Shown piece after piece: positions 45,257 through 58,714 of a stretch of DNA of 64,000 bases. Every line of letters starts with the position of its first letter. Position 1 is the stretch's first letter. A program made the position numbers and the translations under genes. This DNA is from Escherichia coli 042. Lineage in GTDB: Bacteria; Pseudomonadota; Gammaproteobacteria; Enterobacterales; Enterobacteriaceae. The notes beneath the pieces are model-generated. The model worked only from the letters and a program-made list of their open reading frames with translations. It was not told the origin of the DNA and did no database searches. Where the stretch lies: NCBI RefSeq assembly GCF_000027125.1, contig NC_017626.1; one strand, written 5' to 3'.

Positions 45257-46279
45257 ATGTCTACGATGAATGTTTTAATTTGCCAGCAGCCGAAAGAATT
45301 AGTCTGGAAACAACGCGAGATACCTATTCCGGGTGACAATGAAGCATTAATAAAAATTAAGTCTGTCGGGATTTGCGGTACCGATATTCATGCCTGGGGT
45401 GGAAATCAACCATTTTTTAGTTATCCACGGGTTTTAGGCCATGAAATATGTGGGGAGATTGTTGGGCTGGGTAAAAATATTGCAAATCTTAAAAATGGAC
45501 AGCAAGTAGCGGTGATCCCTTATGTTGCCTGTCAGCAATGCCCGGCGTGTAAAAGCGGGCGTACCAATTGCTGTGAAAAAATTTCAGTCATTGGCGTGCA
45601 TCAGGATGGCGGTTTTAGTGAGTATTTGAGCGTGCCGGTGGCGAACATTTTGCCCGCAGATGGTATTGACCCGCAGGCGGCAGCATTGATTGAACCTTTC
45701 GCTATTAGCGCTCATGCGGTACGTCGCGCAGCCATTGCTCCCGGCGAGCAGGTGCTGGTGGTCGGGGCGGGGCCAATCGGTCTGGGCGCGGCGGCAATCG
45801 CTAAAGCCGATGGCGCACAGGTGGTGGTGGCGGATACCAGTCCGGCGCGCCGTGAACATGTGGCAACGCGTCTGGAGTTGCCCGTGCTGGACCCATCAGC
45901 CGAAGATTTTGACGCGCAGCTGCGGGCGCAGTTTGGTGGTTCTCTGGCGCAGAAAGTGATCGACGCGACAGGTAATCAACATGCGATGAATAACACCGTG
46001 AATCTGATTCGTCACGGCGGCACGGTGGTATTTGTCGGTCTGTTTAAAGGTGAGTTGCAGTTCTCCGATCCAGAATTCCATAAAAAAGAAACGACGATGA
46101 TGGGTAGCCGCAACGCCACGCCGGAAGATTTCGCTAAAGTCGGTCGACTGATGGCGGAAGGGAAAATCACTGCCGACATGATGTTAACCCATCGCTACCC
46201 GTTCGCCACGCTGGCAGAAACCTACGAGCGTGATGTGATTAACAATCGTGAGTTGATTAAGGGTGTAATTACTTTCTGA
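45257..46279 (+). CDS. lgoD: L-galactonate 5-dehydrogenase, Zn-dependent (YjjN)
   Basis: MSTMNVLICQQPKELVWKQREIPIPGDNEALIKIKSVGICGTDIHAW...; 340 aa. Confidence 0.9.
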   Translation: MSTMNVLICQQPKELVWKQREIPIPGDNEALIKIKSVGICGTDIHAWGGNQPFFSYPRVLGHEICGEIVGLGKNIANLKNGQQVAVIPYVACQQCPACKSGRTNCCEKISVIGVHQDGGFSEYLSVPVANILPADGIDPQAAALIEPFAISAHAVRRAAIAPGEQVLVVGAGPIGLGAAAIAKADGAQVVVADTSPARREHVATRLELPVLDPSAEDFDAQLRAQFGGSLAQKVIDATGNQHAMNNTVNLIRHGGTVVFVGLFKGELQFSDPEFHKKETTMMGSRNATPEDFAKVGRLMAEGKITADMMLTHRYPFATLAETYERDVINNRELIKGVITF

Positions 46280-46306
46280 TAAGGCGAGATTATTAAAGTT
46301 GCCATG

Positions 46307-46341
46307 CAGCGTCCGGGGAAGTGTTGGGCGCTGTTTTTTTT
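46307..46341 (+). terminator. rho-independent terminator after lgoD
   Basis: imperfect hairpin cagcgtcc...ggcgctg followed by eight T. Confidence 0.55.
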
Positions 46342-46354
46342 CTGTTTCTCAATG

Positions 46355-46410
46355 ATGTTTTGTAGGCCGGAGAAGATGTGTAGGTCGCACCTTATGCGAC
46401 CTACACATCA
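46355..46410. repeat. REP-like palindromic element
   Basis: gatgtgtaggtcgcaccttatgcgacctacacatc. Confidence 0.45.
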
Positions 46411-46418
46411 GTCAGAAA

Positions 46419-48710
46419 TTACCCTTCACGTTCCACAACTTTAATTTCCACCATGCCGATCCCGAGCTTACGCGGCGAGTGTCCGAGGATATTCCCTTCG
46501 TTGGTTGAGACAGGTTCCGGTGGCACAATTACCAGTGTGTCGGCATCGGTTGGGTTATCGAAATGCAGTGTGGTGGTGGTCACTTCATTGCCCAGCACAA
46601 GAGTTTGTTCTTCATTGCCTACGCGTACCGGAATAGGACGGCTGGCGTTATTGCCGTATGCTTTGGCGGTAATCACCAGGTCAAATTTCTTCGGCAGCGG
46701 ATGCTTGTACTCGATTTTTACTTCATCGCCCAGCTGCGCGTTGGACCAGCGGCCCCACGACTCTGGACGGGAAATCCCACTAAACTGTTTCACCTCTTCT
46801 GGCGCACCGGCGACGTTGAAGATGAAACTGTCGGCTTTGTAGCGAATATCGTTATCAACAATTTTCAGCGTATCGACATTGCCTTTATAACGCGCCATGT
46901 CGATGACCGTATCTTTAAATGCCGTTTTGCCCTGCCATGTTGTTTTGTCAACATGCTGAACAATTTGCTGACCGCCAAGCTGCCCTTGCGAGACACACCA
47001 GTCGGTGGAGAGTGCCAGTTCCGGAGCCCAGAGTTGTGCCATCTTATAGCAACGGTCAACCCAGACGAAATTGTCGCGTGGAGCGAAATCGGCCAGCTGG
47101 AAACGCAGCGGTGCTGAGTATTCGCTTTCCGGCAGCGGTTCCACGCGTTTGTCTGAAACCCGCAACAGCAGCGGCAAACGGAAATGGCTACCCGAGAAGG
47201 CAATCATGTTTTTCTGCTGGTCGATGGTGAACTCTTTCATCTCTTTAGGGAATTTCCACAGGCGGATGATATCTGGCTTCCACGCCAATGTTTTCTCTTT
47301 GATATTGAGGAAGATTTCCGACATCGACTGCCCGGATAAACTGCTACGACCAAGTCCGAGATAGTTATCGCCACCGAGAATGTCCAGCACCGTCGCGCCG
47401 TTATCCATCGTGTTACGCTTCACTGCCAGCGTCTCTTGCTGCGGCTTGTCGCCACGAATGACAAAAAACAGGTTATTGCGATCCTGCTTATTGAGGTATT
47501 TCCACGCCGTGTTGTTCATCGCTAAATGGTCAGAAGAGACGACGATGACAGTATCTTTAAACCACGGTGACGCTTTGATTTTGTTGATAAACGTCGCGAT
47601 ATTCTCCTGGCTGCAACTTACCGCGCTGAATGACTGATTCGGTTTACCGTCAAAATCATATTTTTTGCGGTTACAGGTACGAGAAATAAAACCATCCGGG
47701 TGATGGGTATCGACTGTCAGGGTAAACAGTGAGAATCGCTGACCTGAGCGGGAAAGCTCTTCAAACTTTTTCCACGCTTCATCGAGAACGGTATCGTCGT
47801 AGAATCCCCAGTCGTTGCGATAGTGCGGGTCGGCTACCACGCTTTTCAGCTCTTCTGAGCCGTATAAGTGGTCGAAGCCGTGCGATTTCAGGAACACATC
47901 TTTACCGGCAAAACGCAGATTTGCGCCCTGCACGAAATAGTTCTGATAACCCGAGTTTTTCAGGATATCGCCCAGACAGATGTTCTGCGGGAAGAAGCTG
48001 GAGACAGAGGCGGAGGCGTTGCCTTCAAAGGGGGCAAACAGCGGTATGCCGCACTGAGAAGCCACCATGCCCGCAATCGTGTAATCCGTTCCTGGCAGCT
48101 GCTGCGTGTGGCTGAAATCCAGGCCTTCATTTTTCAACGCGCCCAGTTCAGGCGTGAGATCCGGGAAAGCTTCGTTATCAAAATAGGTTCGCTCGAGACT
48201 TTCGCCGTAGATATAAACCAGGTTGAGTTTCGGGTCAGGGATAGTTTTCGACGGCTCTTTATAATAAGCCGCAAAGTCCGGGTCGCCGTCGCGTGACTGG
48301 GATTTCACCAGTTCCGTTATCTGACGAAATGCCGGGCTGGCATCCACTGAACCCAGCGCCAGTAAGAGTGCCAGCAGGCTGTAACCAAAATGGTGCGGAT
48401 GATGGCGACGACGGTGCAGGATCCAGCCCAGCGCACCGAACACCGCCGTCAGCCCCAGCACAATGCCGATACCCGGAAGAATGTATTTGCTGACACCAGC
48501 ACCGGTCAGGCTGTTGGTTAAGGTATAGAGAACCGCGTCGTTAATACCATCGCCAGTAAAATAGTCGCTGGCAAACAGGGTGATATTTAAAACGACAAAT
48601 AGCCCCAGCACCGTTAACGTGGCTGCAAACCACCAGGTGTTACGTCCCGCTTTCCATGCGTAAATCAGCACAGAGGCGAGAAAAAGGGCGAAAGAGAGTA
48701 GTTCTGACAA
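46419..48710 (-). CDS. opgB: phosphoglycerol transferase I (OPG biosynthesis)
   Basis: 763 aa; N-terminal TM segments plus sulfatase-like domain. Confidence 0.92.
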   Translation of the reverse strand: MSELLSFALFLASVLIYAWKAGRNTWWFAATLTVLGLFVVLNITLFASDYFTGDGINDAVLYTLTNSLTGAGVSKYILPGIGIVLGLTAVFGALGWILHRRRHHPHHFGYSLLALLLALGSVDASPAFRQITELVKSQSRDGDPDFAAYYKEPSKTIPDPKLNLVYIYGESLERTYFDNEAFPDLTPELGALKNEGLDFSHTQQLPGTDYTIAGMVASQCGIPLFAPFEGNASASVSSFFPQNICLGDILKNSGYQNYFVQGANLRFAGKDVFLKSHGFDHLYGSEELKSVVADPHYRNDWGFYDDTVLDEAWKKFEELSRSGQRFSLFTLTVDTHHPDGFISRTCNRKKYDFDGKPNQSFSAVSCSQENIATFINKIKASPWFKDTVIVVSSDHLAMNNTAWKYLNKQDRNNLFFVIRGDKPQQETLAVKRNTMDNGATVLDILGGDNYLGLGRSSLSGQSMSEIFLNIKEKTLAWKPDIIRLWKFPKEMKEFTIDQQKNMIAFSGSHFRLPLLLRVSDKRVEPLPESEYSAPLRFQLADFAPRDNFVWVDRCYKMAQLWAPELALSTDWCVSQGQLGGQQIVQHVDKTTWQGKTAFKDTVIDMARYKGNVDTLKIVDNDIRYKADSFIFNVAGAPEEVKQFSGISRPESWGRWSNAQLGDEVKIEYKHPLPKKFDLVITAKAYGNNASRPIPVRVGNEEQTLVLGNEVTTTTLHFDNPTDADTLVIVPPEPVSTNEGNILGHSPRKLGIGMVEIKVVEREG

Positions 48711-48963
48711 CGGGCGATCCTCACTAAACCGGGCCGTTTAGCCAACGTTTAAGCTTTTTGAGAAGCACAATGTAATGGCGTCGCCATATTGCTGCAATTC
48801 TAGTGTCAAAAAAATGCGATGTTGTTAGGAATTAGTTTATAAACAGACTTTTTTGATTACGGTCGCTTCCCGTGTAACAGGGGGAAAACCGTCCAGGAGC
48901 AGGGAAAAGGGCAGGAGAGAGCCGCGTCAGCCGGGTAACAGCTAAAACGCGGCGTTTCGCGGT

Positions 48964-49461
48964 TCAGGAAATGAAGTTCAGCCCCTGCTTTAACACCAGA
49001 TCGCAGGCTTTGGTTTTCACCTTTTCTGCCAGCGGAGTCGTTCCGATATTATCCAGATTGAGTTGCTGACCATCTTTAGTTTTCAGCAAACCCTGAATGC
49101 CATCCAGATAGTTGGTGTCTTCTTTTTGCTCTTCACTGTTCAGGCCCAGTTTTTCCAGTACCTGATTCTTGATGTTTTCGGCATCGGTTACCGACGCCAG
49201 CTTTTGCTTCGCGCAGTATTGCAGAATGCCTGCGGCATTGTTCATGTTATCTGCGCTTAAGGCCTGGTTTCCGCTGCTAAGCAAGTTAGTTAATGACGCG
49301 AGCGACCAACCGCCTTCCTGTGTCGTGCTGTTTTGGTTGCCAAGTTCGCTGGCGGCGCTGGAGAGCGCATCTTTCCAGGACGCAGCATGCACCTCGGTGG
49401 AAATTAATGCGCTGGCGGCAATGGCACAGCACAGAAGATGTTTAACAGTTTTCATCATCAT
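48964..49461 (-). CDS. yjjA: DUF2501 periplasmic protein YjjA
   Basis: signal peptide MMMKTVKHLLCCAIAASALISTEVHA; K-12 order. Confidence 0.85.
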   Translation of the reverse strand: MMMKTVKHLLCCAIAASALISTEVHAASWKDALSSAASELGNQNSTTQEGGWSLASLTNLLSSGNQALSADNMNNAAGILQYCAKQKLASVTDAENIKNQVLEKLGLNSEEQKEDTNYLDGIQGLLKTKDGQQLNLDNIGTTPLAEKVKTKACDLVLKQGLNFIS

Positions 49462-49506
49462 TACTCAAGGTGGAATTGTGTCGCAGTATACCGCCAGAAA
49501 CGGGGA

Positions 49507-50244
49507 TTAATACTCTTTACCTGTTACACGGCTACGGTAGCTATCCCAGTTGAAGATCACCCACAAACTGTTACCCAGGCGCATACGGTCCATCACGCGT
49601 TCGCCCAGCAACTTGGTCATCTCTTCCATATTACTGTTGGTCAGCATCCCGGTTGGGCGTTTGGAAGAAGAGCGGCGATCGACGATCTGGTTGATGATCA
49701 CTTTTTCGTATTTCGATTCGGTCTGCACGCCGATCTCATCGATCACCAGCAGATCAACGTTGCTCAGATCGTTAAGCAGTTGTTCTTCGCTGGTACCGCT
49801 ATTCCTGAAGGTATCTTTCATCGCCGACATAATATCGGCCACGGTGATGATCAATACGGATTTACCGCGTAGCAGCAGCTCGTTGCAGATTGCCGCCGCC
49901 AGATGGTTTTTGCCGGTTCCTGGCTTACCAGAAAAGATGAAGCTGGCGATGTTGCCGTCAAACTCTTCGACATACTGGCGCGCTTTGCTTAACGCATTCA
50001 TCTGCCCTTCACACTCAACGCGATAGTTCTCAAAGGAGCAGTTCTGATGCAGTGGACGAATACCGGAGCGGTTAAAGGTGCGCTGCATTTTCATCGCCCG
50101 ATTTTCACGTTCGAGAGCGGCGGAGCGGATCGCCCCTTGTTCTTTCTGCCAGGCCAGTAGCTCTTCACCCGTTTTGAATGCAGGTTTGATATGGGCAGGC
50201 ATCATTTTTTGCAGGCGTTGCATCAGGTCGCCAACGTTTTTCAT
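49507..50244 (-). CDS. dnaC: helicase loader DnaC
   Basis: 245 aa; Walker A GKPGTGKNHLAAAI. Confidence 0.95.
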   Translation of the reverse strand: MKNVGDLMQRLQKMMPAHIKPAFKTGEELLAWQKEQGAIRSAALERENRAMKMQRTFNRSGIRPLHQNCSFENYRVECEGQMNALSKARQYVEEFDGNIASFIFSGKPGTGKNHLAAAICNELLLRGKSVLIITVADIMSAMKDTFRNSGTSEEQLLNDLSNVDLLVIDEIGVQTESKYEKVIINQIVDRRSSSKRPTGMLTNSNMEEMTKLLGERVMDRMRLGNSLWVIFNWDSYRSRVTGKEY

Positions 50245-50246
50245 CG

Positions 50247-50786
50247 TTACCCTCTGAATCCTGGTGGAATTTGGCTGTCAGGTTCGCTGACCGTATTCAC
50301 ATCTCGTTTCGGCAGTCCGCCGTTGCTGGCACGACCGATTTGCAGGCTGCGCGCCAGTTTTTGTTGCCACTGCACATGGTGAAAGACTTTACCTTCCGCC
50401 TGCCAGTAGGCAATGAATGAGGCCAGTTCTTCGGTGGTCACCGGCTCTCTTAGCGCCACGCCCCATAGCGCCGCCAGGCGGATAAAGTCGGCATCGGGTT
50501 GCCAGTCCGGATACATGGCGAATTTCCCCATGGGGACAGCAACGGGAGCGGCTTGCGGTTCCTGATAGAGTTGATCGTCCAGAGCGACATCGCTTCCCGG
50601 ACGCGCCAGCTTTTCTTCCAGCGCCAGCAGTTCAGCCAGGCGTGCAGGCGTGACGGCATAAAACGCCGGGGCATTGTTAGCAAATACGGCAACCACACCG
50701 CCTTCAGCTTTTGCCAGAACGGTTTGGTGATCGTGTACCAGGGCGTCAATACCAACGACGTCCGGGGTCAAAACTCTGGAAGACAT
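50247..50786 (-). CDS. dnaT: primosomal protein DnaT
   Basis: 179 aa from [20 protein letters not shown]...; 2 bp from dnaC. Confidence 0.93.
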
Positions 50787-50892
50787 ACTGTTTCTCAAAT
50801 ATGGAACGATGAACGAGAAGGGAGATAACTTTTATAGTAACACACGGAGGAGAGGAGGCTGTCTCTCATCCGTGTGCTTAAGCGAGGCAATT

Positions 50893-52127
<1,235 letters not shown>

Positions 52128-52745
52128 AACTCGCCCTTTGTCATAGACGTGCTGCGTATTGTTCAGATAATGAGAATCCATTTGTATCATGAAGCACGGT
52201 TGTTTTGCGGTAGGTTAAGATCAAAATTGCGCTGATTAATCCTGGTTATCGGGACAAGCTCGGTGATAAAAAGCGAATTATCTCTCGTCGCAAACAAACT
52301 ATCACATGAATATTATCACCATAATGAATTTATTGTTTGTCCTTTACGAACCAGAATAATAGATAACCGGGCACGTTTTTTAATGTTAACAAGTTAAAAC
52401 CATCAGATTTCATTGAATAAATATTGGTTGTGTGATTTTTCATTCTGCGGGAAGGGATATCATTTAATTATAAATTAAATGAATGTGATTTCTGTTTTTC
52501 ATTAAGTATTCCTAACAACTTAATGTAGATATTTTAAATGTCTCCAGGCTATTTCACCAGGTTATCATTTGATGCTAACCTTCTGACACATGCAGTGGAG
52601 TTGTTGTGCAGCAGGAGTATGCTGATATGAAAGTGAATGCTAAGGATAATTTATTCGCTTAATCTATTAATTTGCTGGAAACATTTAAGGAATGAATATC
52701 CTGAATAAACCATCATAATTTTTAGACAGTGGATGTGGAGGAAAT

Positions 52746-53471
52746 ATGTTGCCAGGATGCTGCAAAAATGGAATTGTTATCAGTAAAATACCTGTTATGC
52801 AAGCAGGGTTAAAAGAGGTCATGAGGACTCACTTCCCTGAATATGAAATAATATCCAGCGCCTCTGCGGAGGACCTTACCTTATTACAATTACGTCGTTC
52901 CGGATTAGTCATTGCTGATTTAGCCGGTGAAAGTGAAGATCCACGTTCTGTTTGTGAACATTATTATTCTTTAATCTCACAATATCGGGAAATTCACTGG
53001 GTTTTCATGGTGTCACGCTCCTGGTATTCCCAGGCAGTAGAACTGCTCATGTGCCCTACGGCGACGTTATTGTCTGATGTTGAACCCATTGAGAATCTGG
53101 TCAAGACCGTACGTTCCGGCAATACGCACGCAGAGCGTATCAGCGCCATGCTGACCTCCCCGGCAATGACTGAAACTCATGATTTTAGCTATCGCTCCGT
53201 CATTCTCACTCTTTCAGAGCGCAAGGTACTGCGGCTATTAGGTAAAGGATGGGGCATCAACCAGATAGCTTCATTGCTTAAGAAAAGTAATAAAACTATC
53301 AGCGCCCAAAAAAACAGTGCGATGCGTCGACTGGCAATTCACAGCAACGCTGAAATGTATGCATGGATAAATAGCGCGCAGGGTGCAAGAGAACTTAACT
53401 TGCCTTCTGTTTATGGAGATGCCGCAGAATGGAACACAGCCGAATTAAGAAGAGAAATGTCGCACTCATAG
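52746..53471 (+). CDS. yjjQ: LuxR-family transcriptional regulator YjjQ
   Basis: 241 aa; C-terminal LuxR HTH; AT-rich upstream region. Confidence 0.88.
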
Positions 53472-54106
53472 AAAAATGCGTCATGAGTAGTATCGGTATT
53501 GAGAGTTTATTCAGAAAGTTTGCGGGCAACCCTTATAAGCTCCATACCTATACCAGTCAGGAGTCATTTCAGGATGCCATGTCGCGGATCTCGTTTGCGG
53601 CGGTCATTTTTTCTTTTTCTGCCATGAGAAGTGAGCGCAGAGAGGGATTATCTTGCCTGACTGAACTGGCGATTAAGTTTCCGCGTACCCGGCGTTTAGT
53701 TATTGCGGATGATGATATTGAAGCTCGGCTGATTGGTTCATTGTCGCCATCACCGCTGGACGGTGTATTAAGTAAAGCGTCAACGCTGGAGATTTTTCAT
53801 CAGGAACTCTTTTTGTCATTAAATGGTGTACGTCAGGCGACCGACCGACTGAACAATCAGTGGTACATTAACCAAAGCCGGACGCTAAGCCCGACGGAGA
53901 GAGAAATATTGCGCTTTATGTCGCGTGGCTACTCAATGACACAAATTGCCGAGCAGCTTAAACGCAATATCAAAACGATCCGCGCGCATAAATTTAATGT
54001 GATGTCGAAACTGGGCGTCAGTTCTGATGCAGGATTGTTGGAGGCCGCAGATATTCTGTTATGTATGCGGCATTGCGAAGCAAGTAATGTGTTGCATCCC
54101 TATTAA
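53429..54106 (+). CDS. bglJ: LuxR-family regulator BglJ
   Basis: 225 aa; overlaps yjjQ 3' end. Confidence 0.9.
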
Positions 54107-54143
54107 TCCGCATGATGCCGGGTTTACTTCCCCGGCAGTGCTT

Positions 54144-54932
54144 TCATTTCAGCGTACAATCGCCACATTGCTGCACATCCGGTAAGCGATAACGCTGGCA
54201 GCAAGTGCGGCGCACCAGCAGGCCGTCGCGCAGTACCACGGTACGCCAGAGTGGATTATCTTCACCGTTCGTGAGCGTTTTCTCAAAAAAGATGGCATGG
54301 CGCAGCGATTCAACCGTCGCCTCGCCGAGCAGTTGCTTCATCTCAGTGAGATACCAGTTGATCAAATAACCGGTATTACTCCAGATAAGTTTGCCGTTGA
54401 TCTCTCCGGTCGCTTCTAGTGCCTGCACAACCGGAACCAGCGCCTGGCTGATTAACGTTTCCATTCGCTGCTGCGGCGAATGTGGTGTTGCGTTTTTATC
54501 TTCACACACATCGACCCAGAAACAGGCGGCACGGCCGGTTTCGTGAAACTCAGCATGGAAATGTTCCGGCGACACATCTAATGCTTTTTCCTGCGTCAGT
54601 AGCGCCAGCATTAATGGTGGCACCATCAGGCCGATATACCATTGTGCCCATAGTGAGATCAGCGGTTTGTTCTCGCGGATCATCGTTGGTTGGTTGCGAT
54701 AGATATGATCGGAATAGACCGCGAGTAGAGAACTTAGCGCATTCGGTGATGACCATTGCGCCAGCGTCATGGCGTTAAGCGGAGCGGGTTCATCCAGGCG
54801 GATAAACTCCAGCAAATGTTCACGATGTTCGGCGATCGTCGCACGTACGGCTTGTGCAAGCCCAGCATCCTGTGGCTGGAGATGCGTTCGCCAGATGATA
54901 TCTTCATAGAGCGGTGCGGAACGATAGGCCAT
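54144..54932 (-). CDS. fhuF: ferric-siderophore reductase FhuF (2Fe-2S)
   Basis: 262 aa; C-terminal C-C-x10-C-x2-C (CCQRYRLPDVQQCGDC). Confidence 0.92.
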   Translation of the reverse strand: MAYRSAPLYEDIIWRTHLQPQDAGLAQAVRATIAEHREHLLEFIRLDEPAPLNAMTLAQWSSPNALSSLLAVYSDHIYRNQPTMIRENKPLISLWAQWYIGLMVPPLMLALLTQEKALDVSPEHFHAEFHETGRAACFWVDVCEDKNATPHSPQQRMETLISQALVPVVQALEATGEINGKLIWSNTGYLINWYLTEMKQLLGEATVESLRHAIFFEKTLTNGEDNPLWRTVVLRDGLLVRRTCCQRYRLPDVQQCGDCTLK

Positions 54933-55072
54933 AATCGTGATAGTAATCTAAATGATAATGATTGCTAATCCTAGCGATAGGTTTACCCGATAGCAAGGGA
55001 TTTCCCTGGCTTGCAAATGATAAAAATTATCATATGATATCGGTTATCATTATCAATGAAAGAGATGAAACC

Positions 55073-55309
55073 ATGTTGCAACGTACGCTGGGCAGTGGCT
55101 GGGGAGTGTTGCTGCCGGGATTGCTGATTGCAGGGCTGATGTATGCGGATTTATCGCCGGATCAGTGGCGGATTGTCATTCTGATGGGATTGATATTGAC
55201 GCCGGTGATGCTGTATCACAAACAGTTACGGCATTACATTTTGCTACCATCGTGCCTGGCGCTTAGTGCTGGCATCATGCTGATGCTAATGAATTTGAAT
55301 CAGGGATGA
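55073..55309 (+). CDS. yjjZ: small membrane protein YjjZ
   Basis: 78 aa from MLQRTLGSGWGVLLPGLLIAGLMY... Confidence 0.8.
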   Translation: MLQRTLGSGWGVLLPGLLIAGLMYADLSPDQWRIVILMGLILTPVMLYHKQLRHYILLPSCLALSAGIMLMLMNLNQG

Positions 55310-55346
55310 AAAATCAAGGAAGAAACAAGAAAGGAAGTAAAGATAA

Positions 55347-55434
55347 TTGGTGCGAGGGGGGGGACTTGAACCCCCACGTCCGTAAGGACACTAACACCTG
55401 AAGCTAGCGCGTCTACCAATTCCGCCACCTTCGC
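55347..55434 (-). tRNA. leuV: tRNA-Leu (anticodon CAG), 88 nt with one extra G in the variable arm (leuV position)
   Basis: reverse complement reads GCGAAGGTGG...CTTCAGG...CCTTACGGGACGTGGGGGTTCAAGTCCCCCCCCTCGCACCA; one base longer than copy 3. Confidence 0.85.
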
Positions 55435-55466
55435 ACAGTCATCTTACTTTTTTGATATCGCCTCGT

Positions 55467-55553
55467 TTGGTGCGAGGGGGGGGACTTGAACCCCCACGTC
55501 CGTAAGAACACTAACACCTGAAGCTAGCGCGTCTACCAATTCCGCCACCTTCG
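55467..55553 (-). tRNA. leuP: tRNA-Leu (anticodon CAG), 87 nt, C-to-U in variable arm (leuP position)
   Basis: as above with GTGTTCTTACGGAC instead of GTGTCCTTACGGAC. Confidence 0.9.
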
Positions 55554-55582
55554 CCCAGTGCGAGCAATATCAACGTGGTTTT

Positions 55583-55669
55583 TGGTGCGAGGGGGGGGAC
55601 TTGAACCCCCACGTCCGTAAGGACACTAACACCTGAAGCTAGCGCGTCTACCAATTCCGCCACCTTCGC
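55583..55669 (-). tRNA. leuQ: tRNA-Leu (anticodon CAG), 87 nt, canonical (leuQ position)
   Basis: full cloverleaf sequence ending CCA; third tandem copy with about 33-bp spacers. Confidence 0.93.
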
Positions 55670-55799
55670 ATACCATCAATTCTTAAAAAGAATTGCTACC
55701 ACGGAGGCGCATTCTAGTGGTTTTCAGCTTTTCGTCAATAGTTAATTATCGCCGGAGGTGTAATTGCTGGAAAAATGGCCATCAGCGGATTGTGGATAA

Positions 55800-55965
<166 letters not shown>

Positions 55966-55969
55966 ATAC

Positions 55970-57001
55970 TTAACCTTTCTTCGCCTGGCGGGTCATAATG
56001 GCGCGATACACCTTGAAGCGCCCGGTTTGCGCGATAACTTCATGGAAGCCAAATGTCTCATCCAGCACGTCCGGATAAGGCAGGAAGGCGTTCGCTACAA
56101 TTCGCAGCTCGCCGCCGCTATTAAGATGACGCACCGCACCGCGAATCAGCGTTTGCGCCGCATCCAGGCTGGTTTGCATCCCATCGTGGAACGGCGGGTT
56201 GGAGATGATCATATCAAAACGACCTTTCACCTCGGAAAAGACGTTGCTGGCAAAGACTTCACCTTCAACACCGTTGGCCGCAAGCGTCGCGCGGCTGGCT
56301 TCTACCGCCGGGGCAGAGACATCGCACAAGGTGAGACGGATTTTCGGCGAATGGCGCGCAAAGGCAACTGAAAGCACACCCGCGCCACAGCCGACATCCA
56401 GCACTTTACCTTTCGTGTGCGGAGTTAACGTCGAGAGCAGCAACTGGCTACCGACATCCAGACCGTCGCGGCTAAACACGCCAGGCAGCGTTTTGACCGT
56501 CAGGCCATCGACGCTGTATTCGCCCCAGAATTTATCGGCATCAAATACCGGCTGTTTTTCCAGACGACCAAAATAGAGGCCACAGCGACGAGCGCTGTCG
56601 ACTTTATTCAACGGCGCATAATCTGCCAGCATCTGCTCGGCGCTGCGCACGCCGCTGCGGTTCTCGCCAACGACAAAAATATCTGTCCCCACTGGCAGCA
56701 GAGAAAGTAAATTCATCAACTGGAACTGGGCTTCCGGTTTGTTCTTCGGCCAGTAGTAAATCAGCGTATCGCAATCTGCGACGTCATCCGCCGTGGCGAC
56801 CAGACTAAAACGGGCGTTATCCCCCATCTGGCGGCTTAACACCTGCCAGTGGTGGAATTGCTGGGTATGAGCACGGCTAGCCGCGGTATCTAAACGCGCG
56901 GGCAGGTCATCCTGTAAGTCTCCGGCAAACAGAATACGGCTTTGTTCGAAATCATCACTGTGACGCAGCAAGACTTCACTTGCCGGGGTAAATGCAGACA
57001 T
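55970..57001 (-). CDS. rsmC: 16S rRNA m2G1207 methyltransferase
   Basis: 343 aa; SAM motif [11 protein letters not shown]. Confidence 0.93.
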   Translation of the reverse strand: MSAFTPASEVLLRHSDDFEQSRILFAGDLQDDLPARLDTAASRAHTQQFHHWQVLSRQMGDNARFSLVATADDVADCDTLIYYWPKNKPEAQFQLMNLLSLLPVGTDIFVVGENRSGVRSAEQMLADYAPLNKVDSARRCGLYFGRLEKQPVFDADKFWGEYSVDGLTVKTLPGVFSRDGLDVGSQLLLSTLTPHTKGKVLDVGCGAGVLSVAFARHSPKIRLTLCDVSAPAVEASRATLAANGVEGEVFASNVFSEVKGRFDMIISNPPFHDGMQTSLDAAQTLIRGAVRHLNSGGELRIVANAFLPYPDVLDETFGFHEVIAQTGRFKVYRAIMTRQAKKG

Positions 57002-57103
57002 GGAATGCTCCTCAATTGATACTGGCGGCGATTATAGCCATATGTTGGCGCGGTATCGACGAATTTGCTATATTTGCGCCCCTGACAACAGGAGCGATTC
57101 GCT

Positions 57104-57517
57104 ATGACATCCCGACGAGACTGGCAGTTACAGCAACTGGGCATTACCCAGTGGTCGCTGCGTCGCCCTGGCGCGTTGCAGGGGGAGATTGCCATTGCGA
57201 TCCCGGCACACGTCCGTCTGGTGATGGTGGCAAACGATCTTCCCGCCCTGACTGATCCTTTAGTGAGCGATGTTCTGCGCGCATTAACCGTCAGCCCCGA
57301 CCAGGTGCTGCAACTGACGCCAGAAAAAATCGCGATGCTGCCGCAAGGCAGTCGCTGCAACAGCTGGCGGTTGGGTACTGACGAACCGCTATCACTGGAA
57401 GGCGCTCAGGTGGCATCACCGGCGCTCACCGAATTACGGGCAAACCCAACGGCACGCGCCGCGTTATGGCAACAAATTTGCACATATGAACACGATTTCT
57501 TCCCTCGAAACGACTGA
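57104..57517 (+). CDS. holD: DNA polymerase III psi subunit
   Basis: 137 aa, MTSRRDWQLQQLGITQWSLRRP... Confidence 0.93.
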   Translation: MTSRRDWQLQQLGITQWSLRRPGALQGEIAIAIPAHVRLVMVANDLPALTDPLVSDVLRALTVSPDQVLQLTPEKIAMLPQGSRCNSWRLGTDEPLSLEGAQVASPALTELRANPTARAALWQQICTYEHDFFPRND

Positions 57518-57932
57518 TTTACCGGCGGCTTACCACATTGAACAACGCGCCCACGCCTTTCCGTGGAGTGAAAAAACCTTTGCCAGCAACCAGGGCGAGC
57601 GTTATCTCAACTTTCAGTTAACGCAAAACGGCAAAATGGCGGCGTTTGCGATTACGCAAGTGGTGCTGGATGAAGCTACATTGTTCAATATTGTGGTCGA
57701 TCCCGACTATCAGCGTCAGGGATTGGGAAGGGCGCTGCTGGAACATCTGATCGACGAACTGGAAAAACGCGGTGTGGCGACGCTATGGCTGGAAGTCCGT
57801 GCCTCAAACGCTGCCGCCATTGCCCTGTACGAAAGTTTAGGCTTTAACGAGGCGACGATTCGCCGCAATTACTACCCCACCACGGACGGTCGCGAAGACG
57901 CCATCATCATGGCGTTGCCAATCAGTATGTAA
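57486..57932 (+). CDS. rimI: ribosomal protein S18 alanine N-acetyltransferase
   Basis: 148 aa GNAT fold; overlaps holD 3' end. Confidence 0.93.
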   Translation: MNTISSLETTDLPAAYHIEQRAHAFPWSEKTFASNQGERYLNFQLTQNGKMAAFAITQVVLDEATLFNIVVDPDYQRQGLGRALLEHLIDELEKRGVATLWLEVRASNAAAIALYESLGFNEATIRRNYYPTTDGREDAIIMALPISM

Positions 57933-57946
57933 GACAAGGTGGAATA

Positions 57947-58624
57947 ATGAAGTGGGACTGGATTTTCTTTGATGCCGATGAAACGCTGTTTACCTTTGAC
58001 TCATTCACCGGCCTGCAGCGGATGTTTCTTGATTACAGCGTCACCTTTACCGCTGAAGATTTTCAGGACTATCAGGCCGTTAACAAGCCACTGTGGGTGG
58101 ATTATCAAAACGGCGCGATCACTTCATTACAGCTTCAGCACGGGCGTTTTGAGAGCTGGGCCGAACGGCTGAAAGTTGAAGCAGGCTTGCTTAACGATGC
58201 CTTTATTAATGCGATGGCGGAAATCTGCACGCCGCTGCCGGGCGCGGTTTCTCTGCTTAACGCCATTCGTGGCAACGCCAAAATCGGCATCATCACCAAC
58301 GGCTTTAGCGCCTTGCAGCAAGTGCGTCTGGAACGCACGGGCCTGCGTGATTACTTCGATTTGCTGGTGATTTCCGAAGAAGTTGGCGTTGCCAAACCGA
58401 ATAAGAAAATTTTCGATTATGCGCTGGAACAGGCGGGCAATCCTGACCGTTCACGCGTGCTGATGGTTGGCGACACTGCCGAGTCCGATATTCTCGGTGG
58501 CATCAACGCCGGGCTTGCGACCTGCTGGCTGAATGCGCACCATCGCGAGCAACCAGAAGGCATCGCGCCCACCTGGACCGTTTCTTCGTTGCACGAACTG
58601 GAGCAGCTCCTGTGTAAACACTGA
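57947..58624 (+). CDS. yjjG: HAD-family nucleotidase YjjG
   Basis: 225 aa; [12 protein letters not shown] motif I. Confidence 0.92.
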   Translation: MKWDWIFFDADETLFTFDSFTGLQRMFLDYSVTFTAEDFQDYQAVNKPLWVDYQNGAITSLQLQHGRFESWAERLKVEAGLLNDAFINAMAEICTPLPGAVSLLNAIRGNAKIGIITNGFSALQQVRLERTGLRDYFDLLVISEEVGVAKPNKKIFDYALEQAGNPDRSRVLMVGDTAESDILGGINAGLATCWLNAHHREQPEGIAPTWTVSSLHELEQLLCKH

Positions 58625-58714
58625 TTGCCTCCCCCCCGTTGATGGGTAAAATAGCCGCAATTTTTCGTTTTCAACAAGCGCGGCGCGATGCCGCTTACTC
58701 AAGAAGAAAGAATT

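Noticed and set aside
55351-55610. Runs of eight G recurring at regular spacing (possible CRISPR-like repeat)
   Set aside because: They are the T-arm/acceptor region of three tandem tRNA-Leu genes; the spacers are not unique and there is no cas context
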